A DNA stretch of 54,493 nucleotides from an uncultured virus (IMG/VR IMGVR_UViG_3300034095_001964) (IMGVR_UViG_3300034095_001964); one strand, 5' to 3'; counted from the stretch's first letter, positions 29,967 through 40,305 are shown. Numbers and translations: made by a program. The notes: a model not told the origin generated them from the sequence alone.

Positions 29967-31684
29967 TAATTTTTCACAAACTAAAATATAAAAATTTCCT
30001 TAGCGTAGGAGACAACGAAATTGAAATTGACCTTAATGCTATTCGCTCTACACTTATTGTAGGCCACAATGGCAGCGGCAAGAGTCTCATGTTGGATGCA
30101 CTTAGTTTTGTCTTGTTTGGCAAACCACACCGTAGCATCAATAAACCACAACTGGTCAATAGTATCAATGGCAAAGGCTGTAAGGTTGAAGTGCAATTCA
30201 ACATTGGCCCAAGCGAATACAAGATTGTGCGAGGTCTTAAACCCAACATCTTTGAAATTTGGCTCAACGGCAATCTGGTCAATCAAGAAAGCCACAGCCG
30301 CGATTATCAAAAATTACTTGAGACAAACATTCTCAAATTGAATCACAAAAGCTTTCATCAAGTGGTGGTATTGGGCAGCAGTAATTTTGTTCCATTTATG
30401 CAGCTTAGTACCTATGCGCGCCGCGAGGTTATTGAAGACCTGTTGGATATTGGTATCTTTAGCAAAATGAATGTGGTGTTAAAGGAAAATCAGGCAAAGC
30501 TAAAAGATACACTTAAGGATACCGAATACCAATACAACCTGGCCAAAGAAAAGATTGTGCTGCAAAGCAAACACATCACCAATCTTAAAAACATCAATGC
30601 CAGCAATGCCGCTAAGTATGATGAAGAAATCACAGAGTTGAGCACTCATATAGCAACACTAGTTGAAGCCAACAGCACCCTTGCCACAGAGTATGGCACA
30701 GAGTATGGCAAGACAAAAACCAAAAGTGAGCGTGATCAAAAAACAAAAGCTAGTTTGTTGTCGTATGAAAGACAAATTAAAGACAACATCAAAAAGATTG
30801 TAGGCGAATCACGATTCTATGAGACCAATGCTGATTGCCCAACATGCAGTCAGACAATTGATGAAGGCATGCGAGACCATAAGATTGAGCAATGCAAAAG
30901 TAAAGCACACCAATTGAATGAAGGTTATGAGATGCTCAAGAGCAGCTTGGACGAAACCGCCGCAGCACTTGCACAAACCGAAAAGACACTGCAACGTCTC
31001 AATGGTCTTAACAATACAATTCACAGCAACCTTAAATTGATTGGCAACTTTGAGCAGCGCATATCTTCATTGCGCGCTGTTAAAAATCAGCAACACAGCG
31101 ATGTGGATTTGGATGGTGCAACAGCTGAGATTGACGCGCTAAAAGACACACGTGACACCCTTGGCAATCTTAAGAGTACACAACTTGAAGAGCGCACCTA
31201 TAATGAAGTGATTGGAGAGCTGCTTAAGGATACTGGTATCAAGACAAAGGTTATACGTCAATACCTGCCAGTTATGAACAAGATGATTAACCAATACCTA
31301 CAGGTACTTGACTTCTTTGTTTCATTTAATTTGGATGAAAGCTTTAATGAAACCATTCGCAGTCGCCATCGTGATGACTTTAGCTATGCCAGCTTTAGTG
31401 AAGGAGAAAAGAGCCGCATAAATTTAGCCATCCTATTTACATGGCGTCAAATTGCAAAAATGCAAAACTGTTGCAATACCAATCTTCTTATTCTTGATGA
31501 AGTATTTGACAGCAGCTTGGATCCTGATGGTATTGACAACCTATTGAAGATTATGAATACTCTTGATGCTGATACAAGTGTGTTTGTGATTAGCCACAAA
31601 CAGGATTTGCTGGAAGGAAAGTTCGAACAGAAGATCGAGTTTGAAAAGCATAAAAACTTTACTCGCATAAAAAGCATCTCGTAA
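29963..31684 (+). CDS. gp46: Recombination ATPase subunit gp46 (Rad50-like)
   Basis: KNFLSVG, GHNGSGKS, CPTC zinc hook, SFSEGEK, LILDEVFDSSLD. Confidence 0.96.
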   Translation: MIIFHKLKYKNFLSVGDNEIEIDLNAIRSTLIVGHNGSGKSLMLDALSFVLFGKPHRSINKPQLVNSINGKGCKVEVQFNIGPSEYKIVRGLKPNIFEIWLNGNLVNQESHSRDYQKLLETNILKLNHKSFHQVVVLGSSNFVPFMQLSTYARREVIEDLLDIGIFSKMNVVLKENQAKLKDTLKDTEYQYNLAKEKIVLQSKHITNLKNINASNAAKYDEEITELSTHIATLVEANSTLATEYGTEYGKTKTKSERDQKTKASLLSYERQIKDNIKKIVGESRFYETNADCPTCSQTIDEGMRDHKIEQCKSKAHQLNEGYEMLKSSLDETAAALAQTEKTLQRLNGLNNTIHSNLKLIGNFEQRISSLRAVKNQQHSDVDLDGATAEIDALKDTRDTLGNLKSTQLEERTYNEVIGELLKDTGIKTKVIRQYLPVMNKMINQYLQVLDFFVSFNLDESFNETIRSRHRDDFSYASFSEGEKSRINLAILFTWRQIAKMQNCCNTNLLILDEVFDSSLDPDGIDNLLKIMNTLDADTSVFVISHKQDLLEGKFEQKIEFEKHKNFTRIKSIS

Positions 31685-31707
31685 CCCATTACAAATCAAA
31701 AGGTTAC
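31681..31707. promoter_or_regulatory. Palindromic IHF-like binding site
   Basis: GTAACC...GGTTAC inverted arms; contains an exact WATCAANNNNTTR match (AATCAAAAGGTTA, 31694-31706). Confidence 0.55.
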
Positions 31708-31710
31708 AGC

Positions 31711-31755
31711 GCCCATTTTGCCTATTTTAGAGCAAAATGGGCATTTCTGCATTTT
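31711..31755 (+). terminator. Terminator-like hairpin after gp46
   Basis: GCCCATTTTGC/GCAAAATGGGC 11-bp stem with a T-rich tail. Confidence 0.6.
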
Positions 31756-31810
31756 TGCAGTAGAATACCTGTCCAGCACAGTTAAAATGCTTAAAAAAGA
31801 TGGTTTTGCC

Positions 31811-31908
31811 GTAACATGTTGCAAATCAATGGTTTTGCTGTCACTGTAAAACTTTTTTCACAATAAACGCATTTTTCTATTTACAAGTCGCGCAAAACAT
31901 GTTAATAT
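31811..31908 (+). promoter_or_regulatory. Early promoter cassette (GTAAC motif, A/T tracts, sigma70 promoter)
   Basis: GTAACATGTTGCAAATCAAT at 31811; TTTACA 31880-85, 17 nt, TAATAT 31903-08. Confidence 0.65.
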
Positions 31909-31914
31909 AACTGT

Positions 31915-34230
31915 ATGCAAGCCACAACGGTAAACCGTGAATCTCAGAAAATGCTAGCAAAGCTGCTGGCTAAAGAAAACATCAATGTTCGCGTTGGCAA
32001 TTACAGCACCGCATTCTTTGATGTAAAAAACCGTGTGTTGGGACTTCCAATGTGGAATGCTGAAAACAAGCAAGTGAGTGACTTGTTGGTTGGGCACGAA
32101 GTTGGGCATGCGCTATACACACCACCTGATGCGCAAGCTCGCTTCCACAAAGCACTTCCAGATGCTCCTTTTGATATTGCCAACATTGTTGAAGATGTTC
32201 GTATTGAGCGACTTATTCAAAACAATTACCCAGGCCTTGTGTATAGCTTTAAAGAAGGCTACCGCCACTTTATTGAGAAGGACTTTTTTAAAATTAAGGA
32301 CACCGACATAAGCAAACTTGGTTTTGCTGACCGCTTAAATATTCATGCTAAAATTGGTGGGCAATTGCGTGTACCGCTTAGCGCCATTGAAGAAGCGGTT
32401 TATGCACGCTGCCTTGCGGCTGAAACTTTTGATGAAGTTCTTGATATTTGCAAGACCATATATGAAATGGTTAAAAGCGAAAAGCCCAAAAAGCAAAGCA
32501 AAGATTCCAAACCAGCCGATGAAAATTCTCCAACCAATCCTCGCAACAAGGAAAGCAAGAAGAAAAGTGATGATGCTGGTCAAGGTGAGAACGGCAGTGA
32601 CGGAATTCAATCTGACTCTGCAAATGATGAATCACAGTCTGACTCCAAAAAAGATGAAGCAAAAAATCAGCGCAAGCACAAAGACGATCAGGCAGCTGAC
32701 GGCCAAGCGGCTGCCAATCAAGACAAAAACAATGATGGCGCCGACACTGAAGATGGTGGCACCAACGAAAGCACACCAGAATATGGAGATGCTAACGACG
32801 AATTGACCAGCCAAACCATGAAATCATTGGGCAAGCAACTCAATGATATGCAGGAGGCGGTTACTGATTATCTTGTTGGCAATGCTCCGGATCCAGATGA
32901 AATGATGCGCCATGTAATTCCCGTTGAGGAGATTATGGCTGAACGCCATTTGTCCAGTGTGTATGCGCAAATTATGGCATTGCCAAATGTTCAAGAAGAT
33001 TGGAAAACCTTTAAGGCTGCCACCAAAAAACACATCAGCGTATTGGTTAAAGAATTTGAACGCCGTAAGGCGGCTTTCCAATATAGCCGTGCCCAACAAA
33101 GTACCACTGGTACAATTGACGTGAATCGCTTGCATGCCTATAAGTTTGAAGACCAAATCTTCCGCAGCGTTACTCAACTTGCTGATGCTAAAAACCATGG
33201 CATGGTGTTTTTCATTGATTATTCAGGAAGCATGCATGGTACCATTGGACGTGTTATTGTTCAAACACTGCAACTGGTGTACTTCTGCAAAGCAGTGGGT
33301 ATCCCATTTGAAGTTTACGGCTTTACCAGCCCGGTTAGCTATTCACGCGAGAATGACAAGCCACCTCTAAAGTTTGGCAGTAACCTTGCATTCCGCTATA
33401 CACACATTTTTGAATTGGTCAACAGCAGCATGAAGCGCGATAAGTTTGAATTGGCCTGCCGCGAACTTAAAGCTCAGGCTTTTCTTCGTGCCGACAATAA
33501 TGGCGGATCTGGGAGTATGGCTTTTAGCAATCAGCGCTATGAGGTGATGAATGGTACACCGCTAAACGAGACCATTGTAATTGCGCATGAAATTGTGAAA
33601 CGCTTTAAAGCACGTCACCGTGTACAAAAGATGAATACCGTTTTCCTTACTGATGGTGATGCATGCGCATGTTGCTTTGACACCAACGAAGACGACGCGG
33701 CACACCGCAAGCTTTCTCACATACCAGACTGGAAATGCGGGCACCTGATTCCAATTAATGGTCGCAACATAATGTTCCGCACTCACGATAAATCGTCGCT
33801 TTATTCGGCATTGATTGAAAATCTTAGAATCACCTGCGGAACCACTGTGATTGGCTTCTTTGTTGCAAATTACCGCAGCGACTATAAGAGTACTGCAATC
33901 AGTGCATTGCGCTATGCTGAAAAAACGGCAGAAGGTATCTTGCCATGGCCGGCAGCCAATGAATTGTTCCAAAAGAAAAGCCGTGAAGCGCGCAAGGAAA
34001 AGTGCATGATGATTTTGGGAGGATTCAATTATGATGCATACTTTGTTTTTGACAGCAAAAATGGATTGGACATTAACGATGATGGCGAAGAATTTTCAAG
34101 CAATGTTGTTAGTGAAAGCTTCTCCGATGTATCTTCTCAAAACCGCCTTGCTAAGGAATTTACCAAATTCACCAGCGAGAAGAAGCTGTCTCGCGTATTC
34201 CTCAACAAATTTGCTGAGATTATTGCATAA
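31915..34230 (+). CDS. vWA/CobT-like protein with N-terminal HExxH metallopeptidase motif
   Basis: HEVGHALYT, NIVEDVRIE, acidic linker, MIDAS-like FIDYSGSM, GTPLNE, FLTDGD. Confidence 0.85.
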   Translation: MQATTVNRESQKMLAKLLAKENINVRVGNYSTAFFDVKNRVLGLPMWNAENKQVSDLLVGHEVGHALYTPPDAQARFHKALPDAPFDIANIVEDVRIERLIQNNYPGLVYSFKEGYRHFIEKDFFKIKDTDISKLGFADRLNIHAKIGGQLRVPLSAIEEAVYARCLAAETFDEVLDICKTIYEMVKSEKPKKQSKDSKPADENSPTNPRNKESKKKSDDAGQGENGSDGIQSDSANDESQSDSKKDEAKNQRKHKDDQAADGQAAANQDKNNDGADTEDGGTNESTPEYGDANDELTSQTMKSLGKQLNDMQEAVTDYLVGNAPDPDEMMRHVIPVEEIMAERHLSSVYAQIMALPNVQEDWKTFKAATKKHISVLVKEFERRKAAFQYSRAQQSTTGTIDVNRLHAYKFEDQIFRSVTQLADAKNHGMVFFIDYSGSMHGTIGRVIVQTLQLVYFCKAVGIPFEVYGFTSPVSYSRENDKPPLKFGSNLAFRYTHIFELVNSSMKRDKFELACRELKAQAFLRADNNGGSGSMAFSNQRYEVMNGTPLNETIVIAHEIVKRFKARHRVQKMNTVFLTDGDACACCFDTNEDDAAHRKLSHIPDWKCGHLIPINGRNIMFRTHDKSSLYSALIENLRITCGTTVIGFFVANYRSDYKSTAISALRYAEKTAEGILPWPAANELFQKKSREARKEKCMMILGGFNYDAYFVFDSKNGLDINDDGEEFSSNVVSESFSDVSSQNRLAKEFTKFTSEKKLSRVFLNKFAEIIA

Positions 34231-34235
34231 TTCCC

Positions 34236-34320
34236 GTAACCCATTGACAGTTAATGGCAAGAAAAAAACTTAAAAATTCTTTATTTTTTCCTTTACAAGA
34301 TGCAAAATTTAGAGTATAAT
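34236..34320 (+). promoter_or_regulatory. Early promoter cassette
   Basis: GTAACCCATTGACAG at 34236; TTTACA 34292-97, 17 nt, TATAAT 34315-20. Confidence 0.75.
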
Positions 34321-34341
34321 AATTCTGTAAGGCAATATATT

Positions 34342-34605
34342 ATGACAACACGCTGGACCACCGCCCAACTTAAGACACTCCAATCATATGGTTGGGTCCA
34401 ACCTTTTTCCGATTCAAAGACACTCTACTTTAGCGACAGCTCGCACGTCTTCCATCTTCGCCGCAGCGATTATGATGGCCGAATCTTTTTCGAAGAGCAC
34501 ACCGGTGACTCCTTTATAAAGCACGTGCTGCACAGCTTTGAAGAACTCCTTGAATTTCTTTCATATTTAAAGAGTGTGGCAGCATTTAATCCTTTACACG
34601 CTTAA
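34342..34605 (+). CDS. Hypothetical early protein
   Basis: ATG downstream of the promoter (MTTRWTTAQL...). Confidence 0.6.
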   Translation: MTTRWTTAQLKTLQSYGWVQPFSDSKTLYFSDSSHVFHLRRSDYDGRIFFEEHTGDSFIKHVLHSFEELLEFLSYLKSVAAFNPLHA

Positions 34606-34652
34606 GAAAATAGTTTACAATTACACTGTACTCGTTGACAAACCACTACATT

Positions 34653-35867
34653 ATGAATACACAAACCAAGATACAAAACACACTCGATGCACTGTTCGGC
34701 ACTGGTCCGATTTTTGAGGTAACCAGCGCAAAGCTGTATGAAACTGGTCGTGCAAATGGCATGACCTATAAGCAAGTTAAAGACAGCATGATGTGCGATA
34801 GGTACAAGAGTACTGTCAAGCGTGGCTTATATGACCTGCGCATGCTGTCTTCTCAGCCAATGGACATGTCCTGTGCGCAAAGTGTCTCTGCACCAGTTGC
34901 AACTTTTAAGCTTGCCGCAGCAGCACCGGCAGCCGCACCCAAGCCGGCACCCAAGCTTACGGCAATCAGCAATGATGATATTTACATTCCTGAGATTGAT
35001 CCCACCTTTGTGCAGTGGGGCGAATATAAAACCGTCAAGAAGGTGATTGAGAGCGGCATGTTTTTCCCGCTATACATTAGCGGTATGAGCGGCAACGGCA
35101 AAACCATGATGGTGGAACAAGCCTGCGCAAAGCTTAAGAAGGAATATATTCGCGTGCAAATTAGCCCAGAGACCGATGAAGACGATCTTATTGGCGGCTT
35201 CCGCTTGATTAACGGTGAAACCGTTTTCCACAAAGGACCGGTCATTAAAGCAATGGAGCGCGGCTGCATCCTGATGATTGACGAACTTGATCGCGGCAGC
35301 AACAAGATTATGTGTCTGCAAGGTGTTCTTGAAGGCAAGCCGGTTCTTGTGAAAAAGATTGGCCAAGTGATTCACCCAGCCAAAGGATTTAATGTGATTG
35401 CTACTGCCAATACCAAAGGCCGCGGCAGTGAGGATGGCCGGTATAGCGCAGCCAATGTAATTGATGAAGCATTCATTGAGCGCTTTGTGGCTACCATTGA
35501 CCAACCATATCCTGCATTCAAGATTGAGCGCAACATTGTTGCCAAACATATGGAATCCCATGATGTTGCTGATGACGAGTTTGTTGACAAGCTGGTTAGC
35601 TGGAGTGCAGTTATACGCAAGACATATGCCGATGAAGGCGTTGACGAACTTATTAGCACTCGCCGCCTGTGCCACATTGTCAAGGCCTACAGTGTCTTCC
35701 GCAACAGGCTTGAAGCAATCAGCCTTTGCATTGCACGCTTTGAAAATGAAACGCGCGAAGCATTCCTTGATCTTTACACCAAGATTGACAGCAATCAAAT
35801 TGCTGCACCGGGCGAGCCAATTGCTTCACCCGAGCCGGTGGATCCGGAAGATCTGAGACCTTTCTAA
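34653..35867 (+). CDS. cobS: CobS/MoxR-like AAA+ ATPase
   Basis: Walker A GMSGNGKT, ETDEDDLIGGFRL, Walker B IDELD, ATANTKGRGS.DGRY, ISTRRL. Confidence 0.9.
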   Translation: MNTQTKIQNTLDALFGTGPIFEVTSAKLYETGRANGMTYKQVKDSMMCDRYKSTVKRGLYDLRMLSSQPMDMSCAQSVSAPVATFKLAAAAPAAAPKPAPKLTAISNDDIYIPEIDPTFVQWGEYKTVKKVIESGMFFPLYISGMSGNGKTMMVEQACAKLKKEYIRVQISPETDEDDLIGGFRLINGETVFHKGPVIKAMERGCILMIDELDRGSNKIMCLQGVLEGKPVLVKKIGQVIHPAKGFNVIATANTKGRGSEDGRYSAANVIDEAFIERFVATIDQPYPAFKIERNIVAKHMESHDVADDEFVDKLVSWSAVIRKTYADEGVDELISTRRLCHIVKAYSVFRNRLEAISLCIARFENETREAFLDLYTKIDSNQIAAPGEPIASPEPVDPEDLRPF

Positions 35868-35937
35868 ACTTTAGCAATGGTCTTACGCTAAACATGTAAA
35901 CACAGACCACAAAAACAAAACACAAAACACACACAGT

Positions 35938-36192
35938 ATGAATAAAAAGCAAATTGCACAATTCGCCCGTATCGCCAGCCGCATGACTCAAAAGGAGGCA
36001 ATCTATGCTATCCTTGAGGCTGGTCAAGAATTCACCGTCGCCGATGCAAAGGCTGCGGGTATTGCTGATCCAGCACGCGTGGTCAACCAATTGCGTGACC
36101 TGGGCCATCCGGTCTACCTCAACGAACGCAAGACCAAGACTGGCGAGATTGTCAAGCGCTATCGTTTGGGAACACCACGTCGCAATGGCTAA
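35938..36192 (+). CDS. Small winged-HTH-like DNA-binding protein
   Basis: QKEAIYAILEAGQEFTVADAKAAGIADPARVVNQLRDLGHPVY...YRLGTP. Confidence 0.7.
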   Translation: MNKKQIAQFARIASRMTQKEAIYAILEAGQEFTVADAKAAGIADPARVVNQLRDLGHPVYLNERKTKTGEIVKRYRLGTPRRNG

Positions 36193-36200
36193 TTGTTAAC

Positions 36201-36243
36201 AATGCAGGAGCATGGCAAACACGCTGTGCTCCTGCATTTCTTA
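36201..36243 (+). terminator. Terminator-like hairpin
   Basis: AATGCAGGAGCATGGC-AAACAC-GCTGTGCTCCTGCATT followed by TCTTA. Confidence 0.65.
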
Positions 36244-36246
36244 CTT

Positions 36247-36561
36247 ATGATACACGACCACTCCAAACCAAAAGGCATCAAGTATGATGGTGAAAAACCA
36301 GATTACAGTTTGATTCCACCGTATGCTCTGGAAGAAGCGGTAAAAGTTCTTACTTATGGAGCGGTTAAGTATTCTCGGGACAACTGGAGACTGCTTGATG
36401 ATGCAAAGACGCGTTACTTTGCAGCTGCTCAACGACATATGTGGGCATTGCAAAAAGGCGAAACATATGATCCTGAGAGCGGCCTACATCACGCCGCACA
36501 TGCTGCTTGCTGTATGCTGTTTTACAATGAATTGCATTTTACAGCTAAAGAAAAAAAATAA
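36247..36561 (+). CDS. dATP/dGTP diphosphohydrolase-domain protein (DUF5664-like)
   Basis: GIKYDGEKPDYSLIP...VLTYGAVKYSRDNW...RYFAAAQRH...DPESGLHHAAHAACCMLF. Confidence 0.85.
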   Translation: MIHDHSKPKGIKYDGEKPDYSLIPPYALEEAVKVLTYGAVKYSRDNWRLLDDAKTRYFAAAQRHMWALQKGETYDPESGLHHAAHAACCMLFYNELHFTAKEKK

Positions 36562-36566
36562 AAAAA

Positions 36567-36595
36567 TTTACATTTTGAAGACAACCGTATACAAT
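36567..36595 (+). promoter_or_regulatory. Early promoter of gp45
   Basis: TTTACA-17-TACAAT, 7 nt before the ATG. Confidence 0.7.
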
Positions 36596-36602
36596 TAACC
36601 AT

Positions 36603-37277
36603 ATGACAAAACTATCCACACAGACACTAGACATTCTAAAAAACTTTGCATCAATCAATAGCAACCTGATTGTTAAAAGCGGAGAAGCGCTGTCAACCAT
36701 TTCCGAAGCAAAGAACATTATGGCAATTGCCGAGATTAGCGAGACTTTCGAATCCACATTTGGAATTTATGATCTTAATGAATTCATTAGCATGTTTTCA
36801 TTGATGAATGATCCAGATCTTGACTTTACGGCAGACAGCGTTGTATTTAAGAGCGGCCGCACCAAGGCAAGCTATCGCTTTGCTGATCAAAGTATTCTCA
36901 CAACTCCTAAGAGCAAAATCAACATGCCGGCTGCGGATTTGGTTGTGCACATTGGCAGTGACTTGCTTGCACAAATTCGTAAAGCGGCTGGCGTGCTTGG
37001 CCATACCATTGTAAGTATCAGCGGAGACGCTGGTGAAATTACATTGAGCGTGGTTGATCCAAAGAACAGTACAGCCAACAGCTTTAGTGTTATTCTTGAC
37101 GACGCCAACGACAATAAAAACAACTTTGATTTGCAATTCCTTATTGCCAATCTTAAAGTGATCCCAGGCGACTATGAAGTAAAAATTAGTTCCAAGCTTA
37201 TTAGTCATTGGACCAATACATCTTCTCCTATAAATTACTACATTGCTCTTGAAAAAACAAGCAGCTACAACGCATAA
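36603..37277 (+). CDS. gp45: Sliding clamp gp45
   Basis: LS.QTLDILKNFASINSNL, FGIYDLNEF, NLKVIPGDYEV.IS, YYIALE. Confidence 0.96.
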   Translation: MTKLSTQTLDILKNFASINSNLIVKSGEALSTISEAKNIMAIAEISETFESTFGIYDLNEFISMFSLMNDPDLDFTADSVVFKSGRTKASYRFADQSILTTPKSKINMPAADLVVHIGSDLLAQIRKAAGVLGHTIVSISGDAGEITLSVVDPKNSTANSFSVILDDANDNKNNFDLQFLIANLKVIPGDYEVKISSKLISHWTNTSSPINYYIALEKTSSYNA

Positions 37278-37295
37278 AACAATCCCACAAAACAT

Positions 37296-37574
37296 ATGAC
37301 TACACAAACCGAACAAACATACCAGATTAGCATTGATGATATTGCACTTATGGTCAATATCATTGGCACCGTATCGCGCCGCGGCGCATTTGAAGCAGCT
37401 GAATTTACCATCATTGGTGGTTTATTTGAAAAGCTTAAGGCCTTGCTGCCAGAGCCGGTTGCAGAAGACGCTGAAACCGCTGAAACAACCAACACATGTG
37501 CTGACACACAAGACACACCTCCAAATCAATTGAATTTTGATTTTGGAGCCGCTCAAGACACACCACAAGACTAA
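37296..37574 (+). CDS. Hypothetical protein
   Basis: IGTVSRRGAFEAAEFTIIGGLFEKL, recalled from T4-like environmental phages. Confidence 0.7.
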   Translation: MTTQTEQTYQISIDDIALMVNIIGTVSRRGAFEAAEFTIIGGLFEKLKALLPEPVAEDAETAETTNTCADTQDTPPNQLNFDFGAAQDTPQD

Positions 37575-37575
37575 T

Positions 37576-37857
37576 ATGAATATAGGCAGACATGACGGGG
37601 CTGACAAGGGCAGCTTTCCTTTTAGGTTGTTTACCGCACCTGGGCGGCTTATCCTGTGGATTCAATACATGAGTCCAGCCGGTGATGCATCTACACGTGG
37701 AATGGTTGAACAAACTAGGCGCCGCGCCAGCAGCCCCGCCATGGCTGTTTTATATTCGCTTGCGGTTTACGCGCTTGCGCTTGTGTACATATATGGAGTG
37801 TGCACACGCGACTCTACAAAAGCACCGCAAAGTTCTTCCGGGTATCACAGCAAATAA
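37576..37857 (+). CDS. Hypothetical membrane protein
   Basis: ATG 2 nt after the previous stop; one TM segment (AVLYSLAVYALALVYIYGV). Confidence 0.5.
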   Translation: MNIGRHDGADKGSFPFRLFTAPGRLILWIQYMSPAGDASTRGMVEQTRRRASSPAMAVLYSLAVYALALVYIYGVCTRDSTKAPQSSSGYHSK

Positions 37858-37900
37858 TGCTACCGTCGCGGTAAAAAACACTAATACACACACAACAACT

Positions 37901-38155
37901 ATGATTGATATTGAAGACGAAGAACAAAAACTTGACATGCTAAATGTCATCAAGGAAATTAGCGCTGAACTCTCCAAGATGGATGACAGCCGTGATCAAA
38001 TTAAACAAATCATTGGCGCAGCTGCAGAAGCATTTGATATTGGCAAACCGCTAATTCGCAAAGTTGCACGTCTCTATCACAAGAAGAATGTTGCTGATTT
38101 TGAAAATGAGACTAGTGATATTAAAAACCTTTACAAAGCAATCACAGTAGTATAA
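37901..38155 (+). CDS. DsbA/GapR-like dsDNA-binding protein
   Basis: IKEISAELSKMDDSRDQIKQII...FDIGKPLIRKVARLYHKKN...LY. Confidence 0.7.
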   Translation: MIDIEDEEQKLDMLNVIKEISAELSKMDDSRDQIKQIIGAAAEAFDIGKPLIRKVARLYHKKNVADFENETSDIKNLYKAITVV

Positions 38156-38200
38156 AATACTATTGCAACAATAAACACGCGTAAGAAACAAATCTATATT

Positions 38201-39151
38201 ATGAAAAAGAATGAAAAAGAATATTTGTGGGTAGAGCGATACAGACCACAAACCATTGATGAATGCATCCTGCCAGCAGCATTAAAGAAAACCTTTAATG
38301 CCATTGTGAAGGGCGGCCAACTGCCCAACCTGCTTCTTGCAGGAACGGCTGGCCTAGGTAAGACTACAGTTGCTAAAGCATTGTGCAATCAGCTTGATCT
38401 TGATTACATCATGATTAATGGCAGTGAGGAAAGCGGTATTGATGTGCTTCGCAATAAGATTAAGCAATTTGCAAGTAGCGTATCGTTGGCCGGCGGGTAT
38501 AAAGTAGTTATTCTAGATGAGGCAGATTATTTGCAAGCAACGTCTACACAACCGGCTCTGCGCGCATTCATTGAAGAGTTTAGTAACAATTGCCGCTTTA
38601 TTCTTACGTGTAATTTTAAGAACCGAATCATCGAGCCGTTGCACAGCCGCTGCAGCGTGATTGAATTTAATACTCCTAAGAAGGAGCTGGCTGCGTTGGC
38701 TGGCGACTTTATGAAGCGCCTGTCGGCCATTCTCAAAGAAGAAGGCGTAGCCTTTCAAGACAAAACCATTGCTGAACTTATTATTCGCTATGCGCCAGAT
38801 TGGCGTCGAGTGTTAAATGAATGTCAGCGCTATAGTACTAGCGGTGAAATTCCTACGGCAATTTTGGTAGGCATGAGCGATCAAAACATTGCTGAACTCA
38901 CAACACACTTGCGTGCTAAAGATTTTAAAAGTATGCGCAGCTGGGTTGTCAACAACAGCAGTCTTGATAGCACAGTTGTATTTCGTAAGATTTATGATAG
39001 TCTATATGACACCGCTGCTCCCAACAGTATTCCAAGCGCAGTTCTTATTCTTGCTGACTATAGTTACAAGGCATGTTTTGTAAGTGACAGAGAACTTAAC
39101 ATGGTTGCTTGTATGACAGAACTCATGAGTAGCGTTGAATGGAGCAAGTAA
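38201..39151 (+). CDS. gp44: Clamp loader large subunit gp44
   Basis: LWVERYRP, GTAGLGKTT, INGSEE.GIDVLR, ILDEADYL, PLHSRC. Confidence 0.97.
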   Translation: MKKNEKEYLWVERYRPQTIDECILPAALKKTFNAIVKGGQLPNLLLAGTAGLGKTTVAKALCNQLDLDYIMINGSEESGIDVLRNKIKQFASSVSLAGGYKVVILDEADYLQATSTQPALRAFIEEFSNNCRFILTCNFKNRIIEPLHSRCSVIEFNTPKKELAALAGDFMKRLSAILKEEGVAFQDKTIAELIIRYAPDWRRVLNECQRYSTSGEIPTAILVGMSDQNIAELTTHLRAKDFKSMRSWVVNNSSLDSTVVFRKIYDSLYDTAAPNSIPSAVLILADYSYKACFVSDRELNMVACMTELMSSVEWSK

Positions 39152-39152
39152 T

Positions 39153-39626
39153 ATGGCCGCAAAGAAAAAAGAAAGTGCGCAACCAGCAGCTGCTCCAAAA
39201 TTAAGTTTCTTTTCGTTTCTCAATAGCATAAATGAAGGAAGCAATGGTAAAAGTTTATTGGCCGAGTGTAAAGCTGACAGTAGCGAAGGCGCTGCAGACG
39301 CATCTAGTGTGGAGCGTGCATATGTACCATTCATGGTCAACCGTGGTCTCTCATACTATAATGATACTGTGTTGCTTGCCAATGAAATGAATCGTTATGC
39401 TGCGCTGCCAGTCAAGATGCAATATGATTTTCTAAAGAATACCGTTCGTGCAAAGAAACGCTTTAGCAAATGGAGCAAGAAGATGGATGACGGTGCAGAT
39501 GTACAGCTGCTAATGAATCATTATTGTTATAGTGCTGAAAAAGCGCGAGCAGTATTGCCATTATTTAGCGAGAGCGCTTTGTCAAGTATACGCGCAAGCC
39601 GCGTGCAAGGCGGCCATGCAAAATAA
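39153..39626 (+). CDS. gp62: Clamp loader small subunit gp62
   Basis: YVPFMVNRGLSY..DTVLLANEMN, QYDFL.N.VR.KKRFSKW. Confidence 0.93.
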   Translation: MAAKKKESAQPAAAPKLSFFSFLNSINEGSNGKSLLAECKADSSEGAADASSVERAYVPFMVNRGLSYYNDTVLLANEMNRYAALPVKMQYDFLKNTVRAKKRFSKWSKKMDDGADVQLLMNHYCYSAEKARAVLPLFSESALSSIRASRVQGGHAK

Positions 39627-39646
39627 TATAAATAGTTTATATTACC

Positions 39647-40072
39647 ATGAATGATTTGCAAACTGTTGTTGGCTGGACACCTGCTGATATGGTGGAGGTG
39701 GATTTAAACGAGCCGGATGATTTTCTTAAAGTAAAGGAAACATTAAGCCGTATTGGCGTAAGCTCAAAAAAGGATCACAACGTGTTGTATCAAAGTTGCC
39801 ACATCCTTCACAAACAAGGCCGCTATTTTATTGTTCATTTTAAAGAATTGTTTATGCTTGATGGTAAACCGTCAACATTCACATATGATGACTATTGCCG
39901 CCGCAATACCATTATTACACTGCTTAGTGATTGGGGATTGGTGCGCGTATTAAACGCGCAAAGCATTAAGGAAGTAACAAATCTTAAGCAAATTAAGATT
40001 ATATCACATGCCGTAAAGAGCCAATGGGACCTGCGTTCAAAGTATAGTATTGGTAACATTAAAAAGAAATGA
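39647..40072 (+). CDS. regA: Translational repressor RegA
   Basis: EPDDFLKVKETLSRIGV, LYQSCHILHKQGRYFIVHFKELF.LDGK, KYSIG. Confidence 0.97.
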   Translation: MNDLQTVVGWTPADMVEVDLNEPDDFLKVKETLSRIGVSSKKDHNVLYQSCHILHKQGRYFIVHFKELFMLDGKPSTFTYDDYCRRNTIITLLSDWGLVRVLNAQSIKEVTNLKQIKIISHAVKSQWDLRSKYSIGNIKKK

Positions 40073-40305
40073 TTAAATTGTTAGCAGCGTTGTTTGCGCT
40101 TTCACAGTGCAGTTGTTATGTAAGTTGGTATGATCCATATTATGTCAGCACACCAGCTCCCGTATATGTGGCACCAAGTGCTTATAGCGCTTATGGATAT
40201 ACTCAAACCCGCCGCAATTATTATTTGCGGCCATACACCAGCTGTGCTGACACCTATTTGCGCCGCTTTTGGGTTCCTTCATACAACAGAGCGCGCTGTT
40301 ACTAA
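40069..40305 (+). CDS. Small lipoprotein-like protein
   Basis: Signal-like MIKLLAALFALSQCSC followed by a Tyr/Pro-rich tail. Confidence 0.5.
   Translation: MIKLLAALFALSQCSCYVSWYDPYYVSTPAPVYVAPSAYSAYGYTQTRRNYYLRPYTSCADTYLRRFWVPSYNRARCY

Noticed and set aside
36247..36561. 2-aminoadenine (Z) genome pathway
   Set aside because: No purZ in the window, and the gp42-like gene points to cytosine modification instead.
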